Notes: generated by a model from the letters alone, not told the origin. Positions 9,335-19,769 are shown, counted from the stretch's first letter. The stretch is 64,000 bases of DNA from Candidatus Azotimanducus sp. (GCA_965220185.1 OZ244807.1:2578956-2642955); one strand, 5' to 3'. Numbers and translations: made by a program.

Positions 9335-10402
9335 TCACGCTAGGGATTCGAGCAACTCGCCAGCCCGCTGCATCAAAGGCTTCATTGAGCGCTTGGTTTC
9401 TTCCCAGGTTGCGTCGACCCGCTTGCCGCGCCTGTGCAAGCTCAGGTTAAAGCCAGTAATGATGGCGAACTTGTAGCACGCGAGCGCCCGATACCACGCA
9501 ATATCAGAGACGCTCTCTCCCCAGGCTTCAACGTAGAGGGCTTCAAGGCGTGCCGCGTCAAGAAAGTGGCCGCGGCCTTGGCCGGGCGTCCACGCCTGCC
9601 TATCGCTGAACGTGCATATCCAGCCGAGATCATTCAAGACTGCGCCGATGCCAGTGAGTTCCCAATCGATCACCGCTAGCAATCTTGGCTGATCTTGCGA
9701 GCAAAACAAGTTGGCCGACTGGAAGTCACCATGACACAGGCCGGTGTGGGCTTGCTTGGGACACTTCTCAAGCAAAAGCCCGCGCACGCTCGCGGCGCTG
9801 CCAAGCCTGTGCGCATCCGCAGCGCGCTCAAGGAAGGTATCCCAGCGCGTCACATCCTCGTCGAGCGGCACAGGCGCACCAAGATAGCCGACCCGATTTG
9901 TATCGATACGATGGATGCCAGCCAAGGCCCGCATCGCTTCACGCCCGATCTGCAAGAGTTGATCTTTCTTCAATCGCCCCGCCCACTCGCCCTTGCCAAG
10001 CCGCAGGACATCGCCCTGCAAAAGCTCGGTGACAAAGTATGGACTGCCAAACCACTTCTGGTCGTCGCCCGACCACTTGACGCTGCAATGCGGCACATCG
10101 CTGCCTTCAAGCGCATTCAAAGCCGCAACCTGACGCAATACATCCGCCGTGCCGCGCCAGCGCACGTTAGGCGGCGGCAAGCGAATGAACCAGGAATCGC
10201 GCGCATCTCCAGCCTGCACGGTAAATCCCCATGCGAAGCCAGCGTGACCGGGCATGACTTCGATATGTACGATCTCAGCAGTCGAATCGTCATATTTGTC
10301 GCGGCAGAACGCTGCGAGCCGCCGCTGCATCTCGTCGATGTCGAGGATATTGGCCAAGCTGTGCGCTTCGCTACTCAGGTGCGGGACCAGGAAAATCCTC
10401 AC
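9335..10402 (-). CDS. Phosphotransferase family protein (APH/choline-kinase fold)
   Basis: 355-aa ORF with the catalytic loop CHGDFQSANLF and the metal-binding motif VIDWELTGIG. It overlaps the upstream ligase gene by 32 nt; an alternative start is M25, at 10330. Confidence 0.8.
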   Translation of the reverse strand: MRIFLVPHLSSEAHSLANILDIDEMQRRLAAFCRDKYDDSTAEIVHIEVMPGHAGFAWGFTVQAGDARDSWFIRLPPPNVRWRGTADVLRQVAALNALEGSDVPHCSVKWSGDDQKWFGSPYFVTELLQGDVLRLGKGEWAGRLKKDQLLQIGREAMRALAGIHRIDTNRVGYLGAPVPLDEDVTRWDTFLERAADAHRLGSAASVRGLLLEKCPKQAHTGLCHGDFQSANLFCSQDQPRLLAVIDWELTGIGAVLNDLGWICTFSDRQAWTPGQGRGHFLDAARLEALYVEAWGESVSDIAWYRALACYKFAIITGFNLSLHRRGKRVDATWEETKRSMKPLMQRAGELLESLA

Positions 10403-11918
10403 GCAGCAATCGCTTCAAGATCTTGCCGCTTGGATTACGCGGAATGACATCGATGAACGCCATGCCTTTCGGCATCTTGAAGCGTGCGAGGCGGGCATCA
10501 AGAAAGGTCATGATGTCGGCTTCCGAAGGTCGCTTCTCAGCATCGGCGGCGACGAGTATCGCGAAGGGCGATTCGCCCCAGCGCTCGCTCGGCTGGCCGA
10601 TCACTGCGGCTTCGCGAACATCTGGATGTTCGATGAGAAGATTCTCGATTTCCGCAGGGTAGATGTTCTCGCCACCAGAAATGATCATGTCCTTCTTGCG
10701 GTCTTGGATGGTGACGAATCCATCCTCGTCCATAATCGCAATATCGCCCGTGTGCAGCCAGCCATCTTGCAGCGTCTGTTCGCTGGCTTCTGGCTGGTTC
10801 CAATAGGCATGCATGATGTGCGGGCCGCGCACAACCACTTCGCCCGGCATGTTCGGCGCACATTCGCTGCCCACCGCGTCGATAATTTTGACTTTGGTGT
10901 GGAAGAATGCCTTGCCCGTCGAACCCGCGCGACGAATAGCATTCGCGCCATCGATCACGCACGCCGGACCACAGGTTTCGGTGAGTCCGTAGATCTGGTG
11001 GATTTCTATGCCGCGCTTCGCGTATTGCTGAATCAGCGCCACCGGCACAGGCGCCGCACCGCTTAGCATCCAACGCAAGCTTGATGTATCGAAGGCGTCA
11101 TTGCCTGGCACCTGCATCATGAAGTTGAGCATGGCGGGGACTGCAAGACCTGTGTTGACCGATTCCTTCTCGATCAGTTCCCATGTGAGCTGGGGATCAA
11201 AGCTCCTCAACACCACCGAAGTCGCGCCCTGGTAGGTGTTCATCACTACCGGCGTCAAGGCCCCGACATGAAACATCGGCAACAGCGAGATGTACCTGTC
11301 CGCTGGCCGCAAGTCGAGGACTGGCGACATGGTGAGCACCGCCCAGAGCGATGTTCGATGCGAATGCACGACGCCTTTTGGTAGTCCGGTGGTGCCTGAG
11401 GTGTACATGATGTAGAGTATGTCCTCGTCGCCACAGGTGACTTCAGGCTCCGCTTCGCTCGCATCGGCCACAAAATCCGCATAGATGCGCGTTCCCGGCA
11501 GCGCGGTCGATGGCAGCACATGCAACCATTCGCGCACACTGGTTTTGTTCGCTGATTTGAGTGTTTCGACAGCTTCCACGAAGGGGTCGTCAAAGATCAG
11601 CCATGTGGCCCCGCTATCCGCAATAATGAATTCAAGCTCAGGGGCAGTTAGCCGCCAGTTGAGCGGCACTACGACAGCCCCGATCTTGGCAAGTCCTAGA
11701 TACGCTTCAACGAATTCGATGCCGTTCATAAGCAGGAACGCGACCCGCGTGCCGGGCGTGACGCCCGCCTCGCGAAAGGCATTGGCAAGCTTGTTCGCGC
11801 GCGCGTTCAGCTCGGAGAAGGTGTAGCGCGCGCCCGTCTCGCCTTGTACATAGGCTTCCAAGTCGGGCGAAAGCTGCGCCCGCCGCGTCAGTAGGCCACC
11901 TATATTGTGCTGCATCAA
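10371..11918 (-). CDS. AMP-dependent synthetase/ligase (long-chain fatty acid-CoA ligase-like)
   Basis: 515-aa ORF with the AMP-binding motif YTSGTTGLPKGV, followed by YGLTE and GWLHTGDIA...DRKKDMIISGGENIYP. Confidence 0.9.
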   Translation of the reverse strand: MMQHNIGGLLTRRAQLSPDLEAYVQGETGARYTFSELNARANKLANAFREAGVTPGTRVAFLLMNGIEFVEAYLGLAKIGAVVVPLNWRLTAPELEFIIADSGATWLIFDDPFVEAVETLKSANKTSVREWLHVLPSTALPGTRIYADFVADASEAEPEVTCGDEDILYIMYTSGTTGLPKGVVHSHRTSLWAVLTMSPVLDLRPADRYISLLPMFHVGALTPVVMNTYQGATSVVLRSFDPQLTWELIEKESVNTGLAVPAMLNFMMQVPGNDAFDTSSLRWMLSGAAPVPVALIQQYAKRGIEIHQIYGLTETCGPACVIDGANAIRRAGSTGKAFFHTKVKIIDAVGSECAPNMPGEVVVRGPHIMHAYWNQPEASEQTLQDGWLHTGDIAIMDEDGFVTIQDRKKDMIISGGENIYPAEIENLLIEHPDVREAAVIGQPSERWGESPFAILVAADAEKRPSEADIMTFLDARLARFKMPKGMAFIDVIPRNPSGKILKRLLREDFPGPAPE

Positions 11919-12074
11919 ATGCCACCTCGGCGAGCATGTTGCGGGCAGGCATTATATCCATTCGCTGCTTAAATTCTCCGCCGTGGCGCTGTGTATAATC
12001 GTCCACATGCGTGATACAAAAACTCTTCAAGTTGGAGGGTTGAGCACTACCGGCTATTCGCAATAGCGTCCCAC

Positions 12075-13268
12075 ATGTTCTTCAGTTCACTCGAATCCCT
12101 GCCACCCGATTCCATTCTCGGCCTGATGACTGCGTATCGGGCTGATCCGAGCCCTTGCAAGGTGGATCTGTCGGTGGGCATCTACCGCGAAGAATCAGGC
12201 GAGACGCCAATCATGCGCGCGGTGCGGCAGGCAGAAGAGCAAATCATCAACGAACAGGGCACAAAAGCCTACATCTCGCCCATCGGTATTGAAGGATTCC
12301 GTTCAGGCGTCGCTGATCTCGTGTTTGGTGACGACGCCAGAGCCTTGCGACCACGAACTGCCTGTTTGCAAACAATGGGTGGCTGCGGCGCTTTGCACGT
12401 CGCTGGCAGCATTTATGCTCGCGCAGTCAAAAATGGCGTGGCCTATGTCAGCACACCGACGTGGGGCAATCACTTCGGGCTGCTCGACGGCGCGCGGCTA
12501 GGTGTCAATGAATACCCCTATTACGACCCGCAGCGGCATCTGCTGCACATTGACCAGATGCTCGACTGCCTGCGCCGCGCGCGCGCGCGCAGCCTCGTTG
12601 TCCTGCAGGTGGACTGCCACAACCCGACTGGCGCCGACCCGAACGCCGCCGAGTGGGACGCCATACTCGATGTCATTGAAGAGCGCTCGCTGCTGCCGCT
12701 TTTCGACCTCGCCTATCAAGGCATGGGCACGAGCCTCGACGCGGATGCCCTGCCAGTGCGCAAGGCCGCAAAGCGCCTCCCGGAGCTCATGGTCGCGGTC
12801 TCAACCTCGAAGAACTTTGGCCTCTATCGCGAACGCACCGGCGCGCTCATCGCACTCGCCGAAACACCGTCGCAGGTCGAAGTCCTGGAAAGCCAAATGA
12901 AGGACATCACGCGCGGCATGTATTCGATGCCGCCTGCGCACGGCGCGTTGATTGTCGAACGCATACTTGGCGACGTTCATCTTCGCGCCGAATGGTGCCA
13001 GGAGCTTGAGGCCATGCGACTTCGCATCGACCAATACAGGCAGCGACTGAAGACAGCCTTGCAAGCCCGGCGCCCGGACCTCGATCTCGAATGGCTCACT
13101 GACCAGCGCGGCATGTTTTCGCTGCTCGGCATTGATCGCGGTGATGTGGAAACACTGCGCCGCGAGCGTCACATCTACATGATCGCGGACAGTCGCATCA
13201 ACATTGCCGGGATCAATGACGACAACCTTGAAGTCGTTGCCTCGTCCGTCGCACCGCTGCTGAAGTAG
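12075..13268 (+). CDS. Aspartate/aromatic amino acid aminotransferase (class I, AspC/TyrB type)
   Basis: 397-aa ORF with the PLP-lysine region SKNFGLYRERTGAL and the typical N-terminal motifs ILGL...DP...KVDLSVGIY. Confidence 0.9.
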   Translation: MFFSSLESLPPDSILGLMTAYRADPSPCKVDLSVGIYREESGETPIMRAVRQAEEQIINEQGTKAYISPIGIEGFRSGVADLVFGDDARALRPRTACLQTMGGCGALHVAGSIYARAVKNGVAYVSTPTWGNHFGLLDGARLGVNEYPYYDPQRHLLHIDQMLDCLRRARARSLVVLQVDCHNPTGADPNAAEWDAILDVIEERSLLPLFDLAYQGMGTSLDADALPVRKAAKRLPELMVAVSTSKNFGLYRERTGALIALAETPSQVEVLESQMKDITRGMYSMPPAHGALIVERILGDVHLRAEWCQELEAMRLRIDQYRQRLKTALQARRPDLDLEWLTDQRGMFSLLGIDRGDVETLRRERHIYMIADSRINIAGINDDNLEVVASSVAPLLK

Positions 13269-13314
13269 CGTTGCTGAAAGTCATGCGCCAGATTGAGCGG
13301 AGCGAAGCGACGCA

Positions 13315-14634
13315 ATGAACCGCAAAGGCATCGTCTATCCTTTTGCGTCGCAAGAAAGCACTCTTGAGATCGTCAAAGCCGAAGGCTCGTGGCTCTATAC
13401 GCGCGACGGCCAGAAGATCCTCGATGCTGGCGGCGGTGCGATCGTCTGCAATGTTGGACATGCGCGAGATGATGTGCTGCATGCCTATGTTGAAGGGCAG
13501 CGCGAGGGCTATGTGCTGCCGCCATGGCGTTCACCTGTTCGAACCGAGCTATGCGAGAGGCTTATCCGCGATTGGCTACCGCCGGGGATGACGCGCATGC
13601 AATTTGTCTGCAGTGGTTCTGAAGCCATCGAGACCGCTGCCAAAATTGCCTTGCAATATCATGCGGCGCGGGGCGAAAAGAGTCGCTGGCAATTTATTGT
13701 TCGCACCCCCTCGTACCACGGCACCACGCTCACGACCGCAGCGCTCTCCGGCCATCCGTCGCGGCGCGCAGGCATAGAAGCCGCACTCCACGAATATCCC
13801 CGGATCGATGCCCCCTACCCTTTACGGGCGCCAGCTGACATGCCCAAGGAAGAATTGTCCGATTTCTATCTCGATCAACTTCGAGATTGCATCGACACAA
13901 TCGGTGCCGAGCACATCGCCGCGTTTGTGGCCGAGCCGATTGTCGGTTCATCGGGCGGCATGATCGTACCACCCGATGGCTACTGGCCGGGCGTTCGCGC
14001 AATCTGTGACGCGCACGGTATTCTGCTCATCGCCGACGAAGTGATGACCGGATTTGCGCGCACGGGCACCAAGTTCGCACTCAATCATTGGCAAGTGCGC
14101 CCGGATATTCTGGTGGCGGGCAAGGGGCTCGCAGGCGGTCATGCACCGATCAATGGCGTGTTCGCGAGAAGCGAGATTGGCGAAACCATCGAAGCCGCTG
14201 GCATGACCGTCATGTTCCATACCTATTCCGCGCTCTCCGGACCGTGCGCTGCGGCCACCGAAGTCCTCGGCATTCTCGCGCGCGAAAAGCTCATCGAACG
14301 AAGCAAAGCGCTCGGCGCCAAGCTCATGCAGGACCTTCGAGAGAGCCTGTCCGACGTTCCGCAGGTCGCCGAAGTGCGCGGCAGGGGCTTGCTCATCGGC
14401 ATCGAAGTCGTGCAAGACCGGGATACTCTTGAGCGCTATGCTCGCGAGGATGCGATGTCTGACAAAATTCTCGCCGAAGCCATGCGACGCGACCTGTTCT
14501 TTTATCCCGGCGGCACTGGCGAGGTGCGCGACATACTCTGTCTCGGCCCGCCGCTCAATACATCGGCCACAGACCTTGATCGCATCTCCGGGATCATGCG
14601 TGATTCGATTCTTGCGGCAACGTCAAAAAGGTGA
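13315..14634 (+). CDS. Class III PLP-dependent aminotransferase (omega-transaminase-like)
   Basis: 439-aa ORF with SGSEAIETAAK, LLIADEVMTGFARTG and PDILVAGKGLAGG. Confidence 0.85.
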   Translation: MNRKGIVYPFASQESTLEIVKAEGSWLYTRDGQKILDAGGGAIVCNVGHARDDVLHAYVEGQREGYVLPPWRSPVRTELCERLIRDWLPPGMTRMQFVCSGSEAIETAAKIALQYHAARGEKSRWQFIVRTPSYHGTTLTTAALSGHPSRRAGIEAALHEYPRIDAPYPLRAPADMPKEELSDFYLDQLRDCIDTIGAEHIAAFVAEPIVGSSGGMIVPPDGYWPGVRAICDAHGILLIADEVMTGFARTGTKFALNHWQVRPDILVAGKGLAGGHAPINGVFARSEIGETIEAAGMTVMFHTYSALSGPCAAATEVLGILAREKLIERSKALGAKLMQDLRESLSDVPQVAEVRGRGLLIGIEVVQDRDTLERYAREDAMSDKILAEAMRRDLFFYPGGTGEVRDILCLGPPLNTSATDLDRISGIMRDSILAATSKR

Positions 14635-15909
14635 CCATTCGATCAGCCAGCCCTCGTCCTTGACGAAGGCATCGTCAATCGCGATGCCCGCAACCGACAC
14701 CAGATCGTCCCCAGCATACAGAAGCGGCCAGCGTTCACGCTGCCACGGCGGTACAGCAGCCTCCTGAAAGAGGCGCGAGACTTTCTTGCCCACGCCGCTC
14801 ACACGAAGTCGCTCACCACCCATTCTGAAGCGGATCTCAAGTTGCTCGAAATCTTGACCGATGCACGCGCGGCGCCGAGCTGCCTTCGCCTCGGCCCGCA
14901 GCTCGCCGTGCGGCAGGCGGAGCGCATCAGCAAGTTGCCATGCGTAGTCTGGCTCGATGTCCACCTGAGAGCGAGGGCGCAATACCAATTTGCCACCAAA
15001 CTGAGCAAGCTTCATCTCTGAGCCAAGTAAGAATTCGCCCGGGCGGCCGCTTGCGAAGCGCGTCAGCATTTCTTGCAGATGCCCTTGCGAGATCGCATGG
15101 ACGCCCATGGACGCAAGCGAACGCCGCAGCGCTTTTCCGCGCAGCGCTTCCGGCAAGGCCAGCAGCTGTTTGATTGACAAGCTGAACTCATCAACGCGAA
15201 CCTTCTCAGCGCTGCGAGAAACAAAGGCGTCATATGCCGCGAACTCGGCTTGCAAGGACTCGGCCGAGCGTGCAATCGACCTCACCGCATCTGGCCATCG
15301 CTGAGCGAGCACGGGCAGCACCTGGTGACGAATAAAGTTGCGATCGCGGGTCCGGTCCTGATTCGACGGATCTTCGAACCACTTGAGGCCATGCGCTGCG
15401 GCGTAGTCTTTGAGACGCTCGCGAGGCAGGTGAAGCAAGGGGCGCAGCAGCCTGCCCTCGGCATGAGCGCGCTCACGCGGCATGGCGCGCAGAAGTTCGA
15501 CGGGCGCCCCACGCATCAATCGCATCAGCAAGGTCTCGGCTTGATCATCGGCGTGATGCGCAAGCAGGAGCGTTTCACCGGGGGCGAGCACTTCTCCCCA
15601 GCGCGCGTAGCGAGCCCTTCTCGCGCCCGCCTCCATATTGCCCTTCTCAGGCACCCCAATGTCGTCACATTCGAAGGACACGCCGAATTCTCGCGCTACA
15701 TTTCGGCAGTGCAATGCCATGTCCCCGGCTTCAACAATAAGGCCGTGATTGAGATGATGCGCCGTCAGCCGTTCCTTCTCGCCCGCCTTTTCAAGTGTCC
15801 TTGCAGCAGCGTGAAGGAGCACCGTCGAATCCATGCCGCCGCTAAAGCCAATGCGCAGCCTGCCCTGCGGCAAGGCGCGCATTGCCGCTTCGATGGCATC
15901 ATGCGCCAC
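14623..15909 (-). CDS. tilS: tRNA(Ile)-lysidine synthase
   Basis: 428-aa ORF with the PP-loop motif IGFSGGMDSTVLLH. It lies immediately downstream of dnaE. Confidence 0.9.
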   Translation of the reverse strand: MAHDAIEAAMRALPQGRLRIGFSGGMDSTVLLHAAARTLEKAGEKERLTAHHLNHGLIVEAGDMALHCRNVAREFGVSFECDDIGVPEKGNMEAGARRARYARWGEVLAPGETLLLAHHADDQAETLLMRLMRGAPVELLRAMPRERAHAEGRLLRPLLHLPRERLKDYAAAHGLKWFEDPSNQDRTRDRNFIRHQVLPVLAQRWPDAVRSIARSAESLQAEFAAYDAFVSRSAEKVRVDEFSLSIKQLLALPEALRGKALRRSLASMGVHAISQGHLQEMLTRFASGRPGEFLLGSEMKLAQFGGKLVLRPRSQVDIEPDYAWQLADALRLPHGELRAEAKAARRRACIGQDFEQLEIRFRMGGERLRVSGVGKKVSRLFQEAAVPPWQRERWPLLYAGDDLVSVAGIAIDDAFVKDEGWLIEWSPF

Positions 15910-15913
15910 GAAG

Positions 15914-18900
15914 CTAGCTACGGTAGCTTAACTGCACGGCCTCGTCACCGAGCGCCTCGCGCAACAAGCTGAGATTTTCATCGCTCGGCAGGATCGAATA
16001 GCGCCGGTCGAGCGAGAGGCTCGCGCGCGCCTCGCCGTTATCGTAATGAATCAGCACGCGGCAGGCGCGCGCGCCGCCGTTCTCGCATACGGCATCGAAG
16101 GTGCCGCGCAAGGCATCGAGCGTTCTCCCGCCGTTGACATCAAGATTGATCGACCTCGCGAACTTATCACGCGCTTCAGCGATGGTGTAAGCGCGCGAAA
16201 CGCGAATGCGCGCGCCGAAGCCAGGCGTTGTGTCAACACGCTTGGAGCCTTCAACCAAGAGATACGCCCCTTCTTTGATCTTCTCGCGCTCGGCCTCAAG
16301 CACCTTGTCGTAGAACTGCGCTTCGGCGTAATCGATGCCGTTTTCGATGCGCGCCCATGTCTCTCCGCCTTCGCGTCCACGATGAAAGACGCGCGTGACG
16401 ATGCCCGCATAGGACACAGCCTTATAGCCCCGCCCGCTGCTGACCGACACCGATTGTGGGCGCTCTTCGCCTGAAAAGAGCAATTCGCATTCGTGCTTGT
16501 AGACATCCATGGGATGGCCGGTCAGATACAGGCCGAGTGCTTGGTTTTCAAGCTCAAGCCGCCGCAAATCGTCGAGCGGCGGACAGTCCGGGACTCCTAA
16601 GGTCGGCAGCTCGATGCCGTCATCGAACATATCGACCACGCCGGCCGAGCGGCTCTGCTCGCTTTGCGAGACCCATTGCAGGAGATCCTTGACCATGTGC
16701 GACATCTTGGCGCGCGACTCGTTTGCAGACCCTTCAAGCAACGCATCAAGCGCACCCGCATGAATAAGCTGCTGCAGGGCGGCTTCAGGCAGGTGCTTGC
16801 TGCCAACCCGCATGGCGAAGTCCGACATGCTGTCAAAGCGGCCGGATTGTCGCGCAAGCACAATCTGCTCGATGAGCGGCCTGCCGACATCCTTGACACC
16901 GCCAAGGCCGTAGCGAACACCCGCGCCTTCGGCACGGAAATTGAAGTGGCTCTCGTTGACATCCGGCGGCAGGCAGTCGAGCCCGAGCGCGGTCACTTCC
17001 GGCAGCAGCTTGCGAACGGCGTCCCTGCTGTTGCTGCCGTGCAGCTCGCTCGACAGCAGCGCCGCCATGAACTCGGCCGGATAATTGGCCTTCAGCCACG
17101 CCGTCTGGTACGAGATCAGCGCGTAGGCCGTCGAGTGCGAGCGGTTGAACCCGTAGCCCGCGAACTTGTCCATCAGGTCGAACACCTTCTCCGCCACCGG
17201 GCGACTCACGCCGTTCGCAACCGCGCCCTCCATGAACAGGCCGCGCTGCCGGTCCATGATCGCCTGGTTCTTCTTGCCCATCGCCGCCCGCAGCACGTCC
17301 GCCTGGCCGAGGCTGAACCCCGCGAGCACCTGCGCGAGCCGCATCACCTGCTCCTGGAAGAGGATGACGCCGGCCGTCGGCTCGAGCACCTCGCGCATCG
17401 CCGGATGCAGGTACTCCGCCTGCTTCCTGCCTTCCCGCACCGCGATGAAGTCGTCCACCATGCCCGACTGCAGGGGCCCCGGCCGGTAGAGCGCGAGCAG
17501 CGCCGTCAGGTCCGCGAGGTCCTTCGGCCTGATCTCAAGGATGTAGCGCCGCAGCCCGTCCGACTCCAGCTGGAACACCCCCTTGGTGCGCGCCTCCTGA
17601 AGGAGCCTGTAGGTGTCGCCGTCGTCGAGCGGGATGGCCTCGATGTCGATGTCGAGGCCATGGCGCTCGTTGACGCTGCGCACCGCGTGGTCGATCACCG
17701 TCAGCGTGCGCAGCCCGAGGAAGTCGAACTTGATCAGCCCGGCCTTCTCCACGTCCTTCCAGTCGAACTGCGTCACCGACTCGCCGTGCTCGCCCACCGT
17801 CACCGGCAGGTGGCGGCTCAACTCGGACGGCGCGATCACAATGCCCGCCGCGTGCCGGCCTTCGTTCCGCACCACGCCCTCGAGCCGGTGCGCCGCCTCC
17901 ATGATCTCGGCGCACTCCGGATCCTCACCGACCAGCCGGCGCAGCTCCGGCTGCCCGTCGAGCGCCTCTGAAAGCGTGATGTCGAGCTGGTTCGGGATCA
18001 GGCGGGCGAGCGTGTCGCCCATGCGGAACGGCTTGCCCTTGGCGCGCGCCACGTCGCGCACCACCGCCTTCGCCCCCATGGTGCCGAAGGTCACGATCTG
18101 CCCCACCGACCCGCGCCCGAAGCGCTCGGCGATGTGCCGCAGCACCTGGTCGCGCCGCTCCATGCAGATGTCGATGTCGAAGTCGGGCAGCGAGATGCGC
18201 TCGGTGTTGAGGAAGCGCTCGAACAAGAGCCCGTGCTCGATCGGGTCGAGGCCGGTGATGCCGAGCGCCCACGCCACCAGCGACCCCGCGCCAGAGCCGC
18301 GCCCGGGCCCCACCGGGACGCCCTCGCCCTTCGCCCAGCGGATGATGCTCATCACCACCAGGAAGTAGCCCGAATACTCCATCGAGCGGATGACGTCGAG
18401 CTCGGCGCTCAGCCTCGCCTCATAGACGGCGCGCGCATCCTCGCCCGCCGCCCGCACCTCGCGCAGCGCCCGCAGGCGCGCTTCGAGCCCCTCCCCGGCG
18501 AGGCGCGCCAGGTGGGCGTCGAGCGGCTCGTCCCCGGCGTCCGGGTACTTCGGGAAGGCGTGCTGGTGGAACGTCATCGGCAGGCTGCAGCGCTTCGCGA
18601 CCTCGACCGAGTTCCGCAGCGCTTCCGGCAGGTCGCTGAAGAGCGCGGCCATGTCCGCGCCGCCCTTGAGCCACATGTCCTCGGTGTAGCGCCGCTCGCG
18701 CGAAGGATCGTCGATGACGCGCTTCTCCTGCACGCACACGCGAATCTCGTGCATCTCATAATCATCCATGCGCGCGAACATGACCTCATGGGTGGCGACG
18801 AGCGGCACGCTCCGATTCGACGCCAGTTCGAAGAGTCCGCTTTCCATGCGCCCATCAACCTCGCGCCCACAGCGCATGACTTCCAAGTAGAAGCGATCAC

Positions 18901-19399
18901 GAAACGTACCCGTCCACGCATCGAGCCGGCCGTGCGCCAAGGCACTATCACCGCGCAGCAGCGCCTTGCCAACCTCGCCTTCCGCGCCGCCGGACAGCGC
19001 AATGACGCCCTTGGCATTGGCGAAAATCTCGTCTCGTGAAGAGACGCGCAGGCTCGTTTCCGCATCAATGCGAAGCCCGAAAATCACCTTCAAGAGACTC
19101 TGATAGCCGTCCGCGTCCATCGCGAGCAGCAGGCATTGGAAGATCTCGCCGTCGTCTCGATAGGGAACTTCGACACCTGCAATCGGCTTGACCCCAGCTT
19201 CCATGCAGGCGCTGTAGAACTTCAAGTACCCGCTTAAGTTTGCACGGTCGGTGAGGGCGAGTGCCGGGAGTCCAAGCTCGGCCGCTGCGCGCGCCAAGTC
19301 GCCCACATGGGCGAGGCCCGCGCTCATCGAGTATTCGCTGCGCACCCGAAGGTGCACGAAAGCGTTTGCGTTGTCCTGGTTGGCGGGCACTTCAGACAT
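15914..19399 (-). CDS. dnaE: DNA polymerase III subunit alpha
   Basis: 1161-aa ORF with an N-terminal PHP domain (FVHLRVRSEYS) and the polymerase core motifs (PDFDIDI..., GLIKFDFLGLRTLT). Length and synteny match dnaE. Confidence 0.97.
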   Translation of the reverse strand: MSEVPANQDNANAFVHLRVRSEYSMSAGLAHVGDLARAAAELGLPALALTDRANLSGYLKFYSACMEAGVKPIAGVEVPYRDDGEIFQCLLLAMDADGYQSLLKVIFGLRIDAETSLRVSSRDEIFANAKGVIALSGGAEGEVGKALLRGDSALAHGRLDAWTGTFRDRFYLEVMRCGREVDGRMESGLFELASNRSVPLVATHEVMFARMDDYEMHEIRVCVQEKRVIDDPSRERRYTEDMWLKGGADMAALFSDLPEALRNSVEVAKRCSLPMTFHQHAFPKYPDAGDEPLDAHLARLAGEGLEARLRALREVRAAGEDARAVYEARLSAELDVIRSMEYSGYFLVVMSIIRWAKGEGVPVGPGRGSGAGSLVAWALGITGLDPIEHGLLFERFLNTERISLPDFDIDICMERRDQVLRHIAERFGRGSVGQIVTFGTMGAKAVVRDVARAKGKPFRMGDTLARLIPNQLDITLSEALDGQPELRRLVGEDPECAEIMEAAHRLEGVVRNEGRHAAGIVIAPSELSRHLPVTVGEHGESVTQFDWKDVEKAGLIKFDFLGLRTLTVIDHAVRSVNERHGLDIDIEAIPLDDGDTYRLLQEARTKGVFQLESDGLRRYILEIRPKDLADLTALLALYRPGPLQSGMVDDFIAVREGRKQAEYLHPAMREVLEPTAGVILFQEQVMRLAQVLAGFSLGQADVLRAAMGKKNQAIMDRQRGLFMEGAVANGVSRPVAEKVFDLMDKFAGYGFNRSHSTAYALISYQTAWLKANYPAEFMAALLSSELHGSNSRDAVRKLLPEVTALGLDCLPPDVNESHFNFRAEGAGVRYGLGGVKDVGRPLIEQIVLARQSGRFDSMSDFAMRVGSKHLPEAALQQLIHAGALDALLEGSANESRAKMSHMVKDLLQWVSQSEQSRSAGVVDMFDDGIELPTLGVPDCPPLDDLRRLELENQALGLYLTGHPMDVYKHECELLFSGEERPQSVSVSSGRGYKAVSYAGIVTRVFHRGREGGETWARIENGIDYAEAQFYDKVLEAEREKIKEGAYLLVEGSKRVDTTPGFGARIRVSRAYTIAEARDKFARSINLDVNGGRTLDALRGTFDAVCENGGARACRVLIHYDNGEARASLSLDRRYSILPSDENLSLLREALGDEAVQLSYRS

Positions 19400-19500
19400 G
19401 CGGGCAAGTGTAACGCGAACTTGAGAATCTGCGCGGCGCCCTTGACCATACCCCGATCAAAGTCTTTTCGATTCCGGTGAAATCACCGTCTCACCGAGTG

Positions 19501-19529
19501 TTGACACAGGGTATGTGTACACTTATTCT
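19501..19529 (+). promoter_or_regulatory. Putative sigma70 promoter of vapBC with an embedded palindrome; predicts a leaderless or near-leaderless transcript
   Basis: TTGACA (19501..19506), a 17-nt spacer, then TATTCT (19524..19529). ATG 19536 lies 7 nt after the -10. The spacer/-10 region contains the palindrome GTGTACAC. Confidence 0.45.
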
Positions 19530-19535
19530 GTGCGC

Positions 19536-19769
19536 ATGAACATCACCCTTTCCATCAATGATCATGTGGTTGCCGAGAGCAGGCGCATTGCTGCGGCGCG
19601 TGGCACGAGCCTCAACCAGATGATTCGAGACCACCTTCAAAAGGTGACGAAACTCGATGACTTGGATGCCGTGGTTGCAGACCTCGAGCGGCGATGGGGC
19701 ATGGAAAACTACCGCTCCGACGATGCTTGGTCGCGAGAGGAAATTCATGAGCGATCAGAAGTTTCTTGA
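19536..19769 (+). CDS. vapB: Type II antitoxin (VapB-like, probable ribbon-helix-helix)
   Basis: A 77-aa protein from ATG 19536 (MNITLSINDHVVAESRRIAAARGTSLNQMIRDHL). Its 3' end overlaps the PIN toxin gene. The track ORF starts at 19515. Confidence 0.7.
   Translation: MNITLSINDHVVAESRRIAAARGTSLNQMIRDHLQKVTKLDDLDAVVADLERRWGMENYRSDDAWSREEIHERSEVS

Noticed and set aside
11965-12000. TATAAT at 11994..11999 as the promoter for the aminotransferase gene at 12075
   Set aside because: I could find no convincing -35 at 16-18 nt spacing and no extended -10, so it is too weak to annotate.
16664-19039. Long plus-strand ORFs inside dnaE (16664..17971, 435 aa; 17613..18368; 18134..19039, 301 aa)
   Set aside because: They are antisense or off-frame to an unambiguous dnaE. 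Their composition is typical of GC-rich shadow frames. They are useful only as an indicator of the high-GC block.
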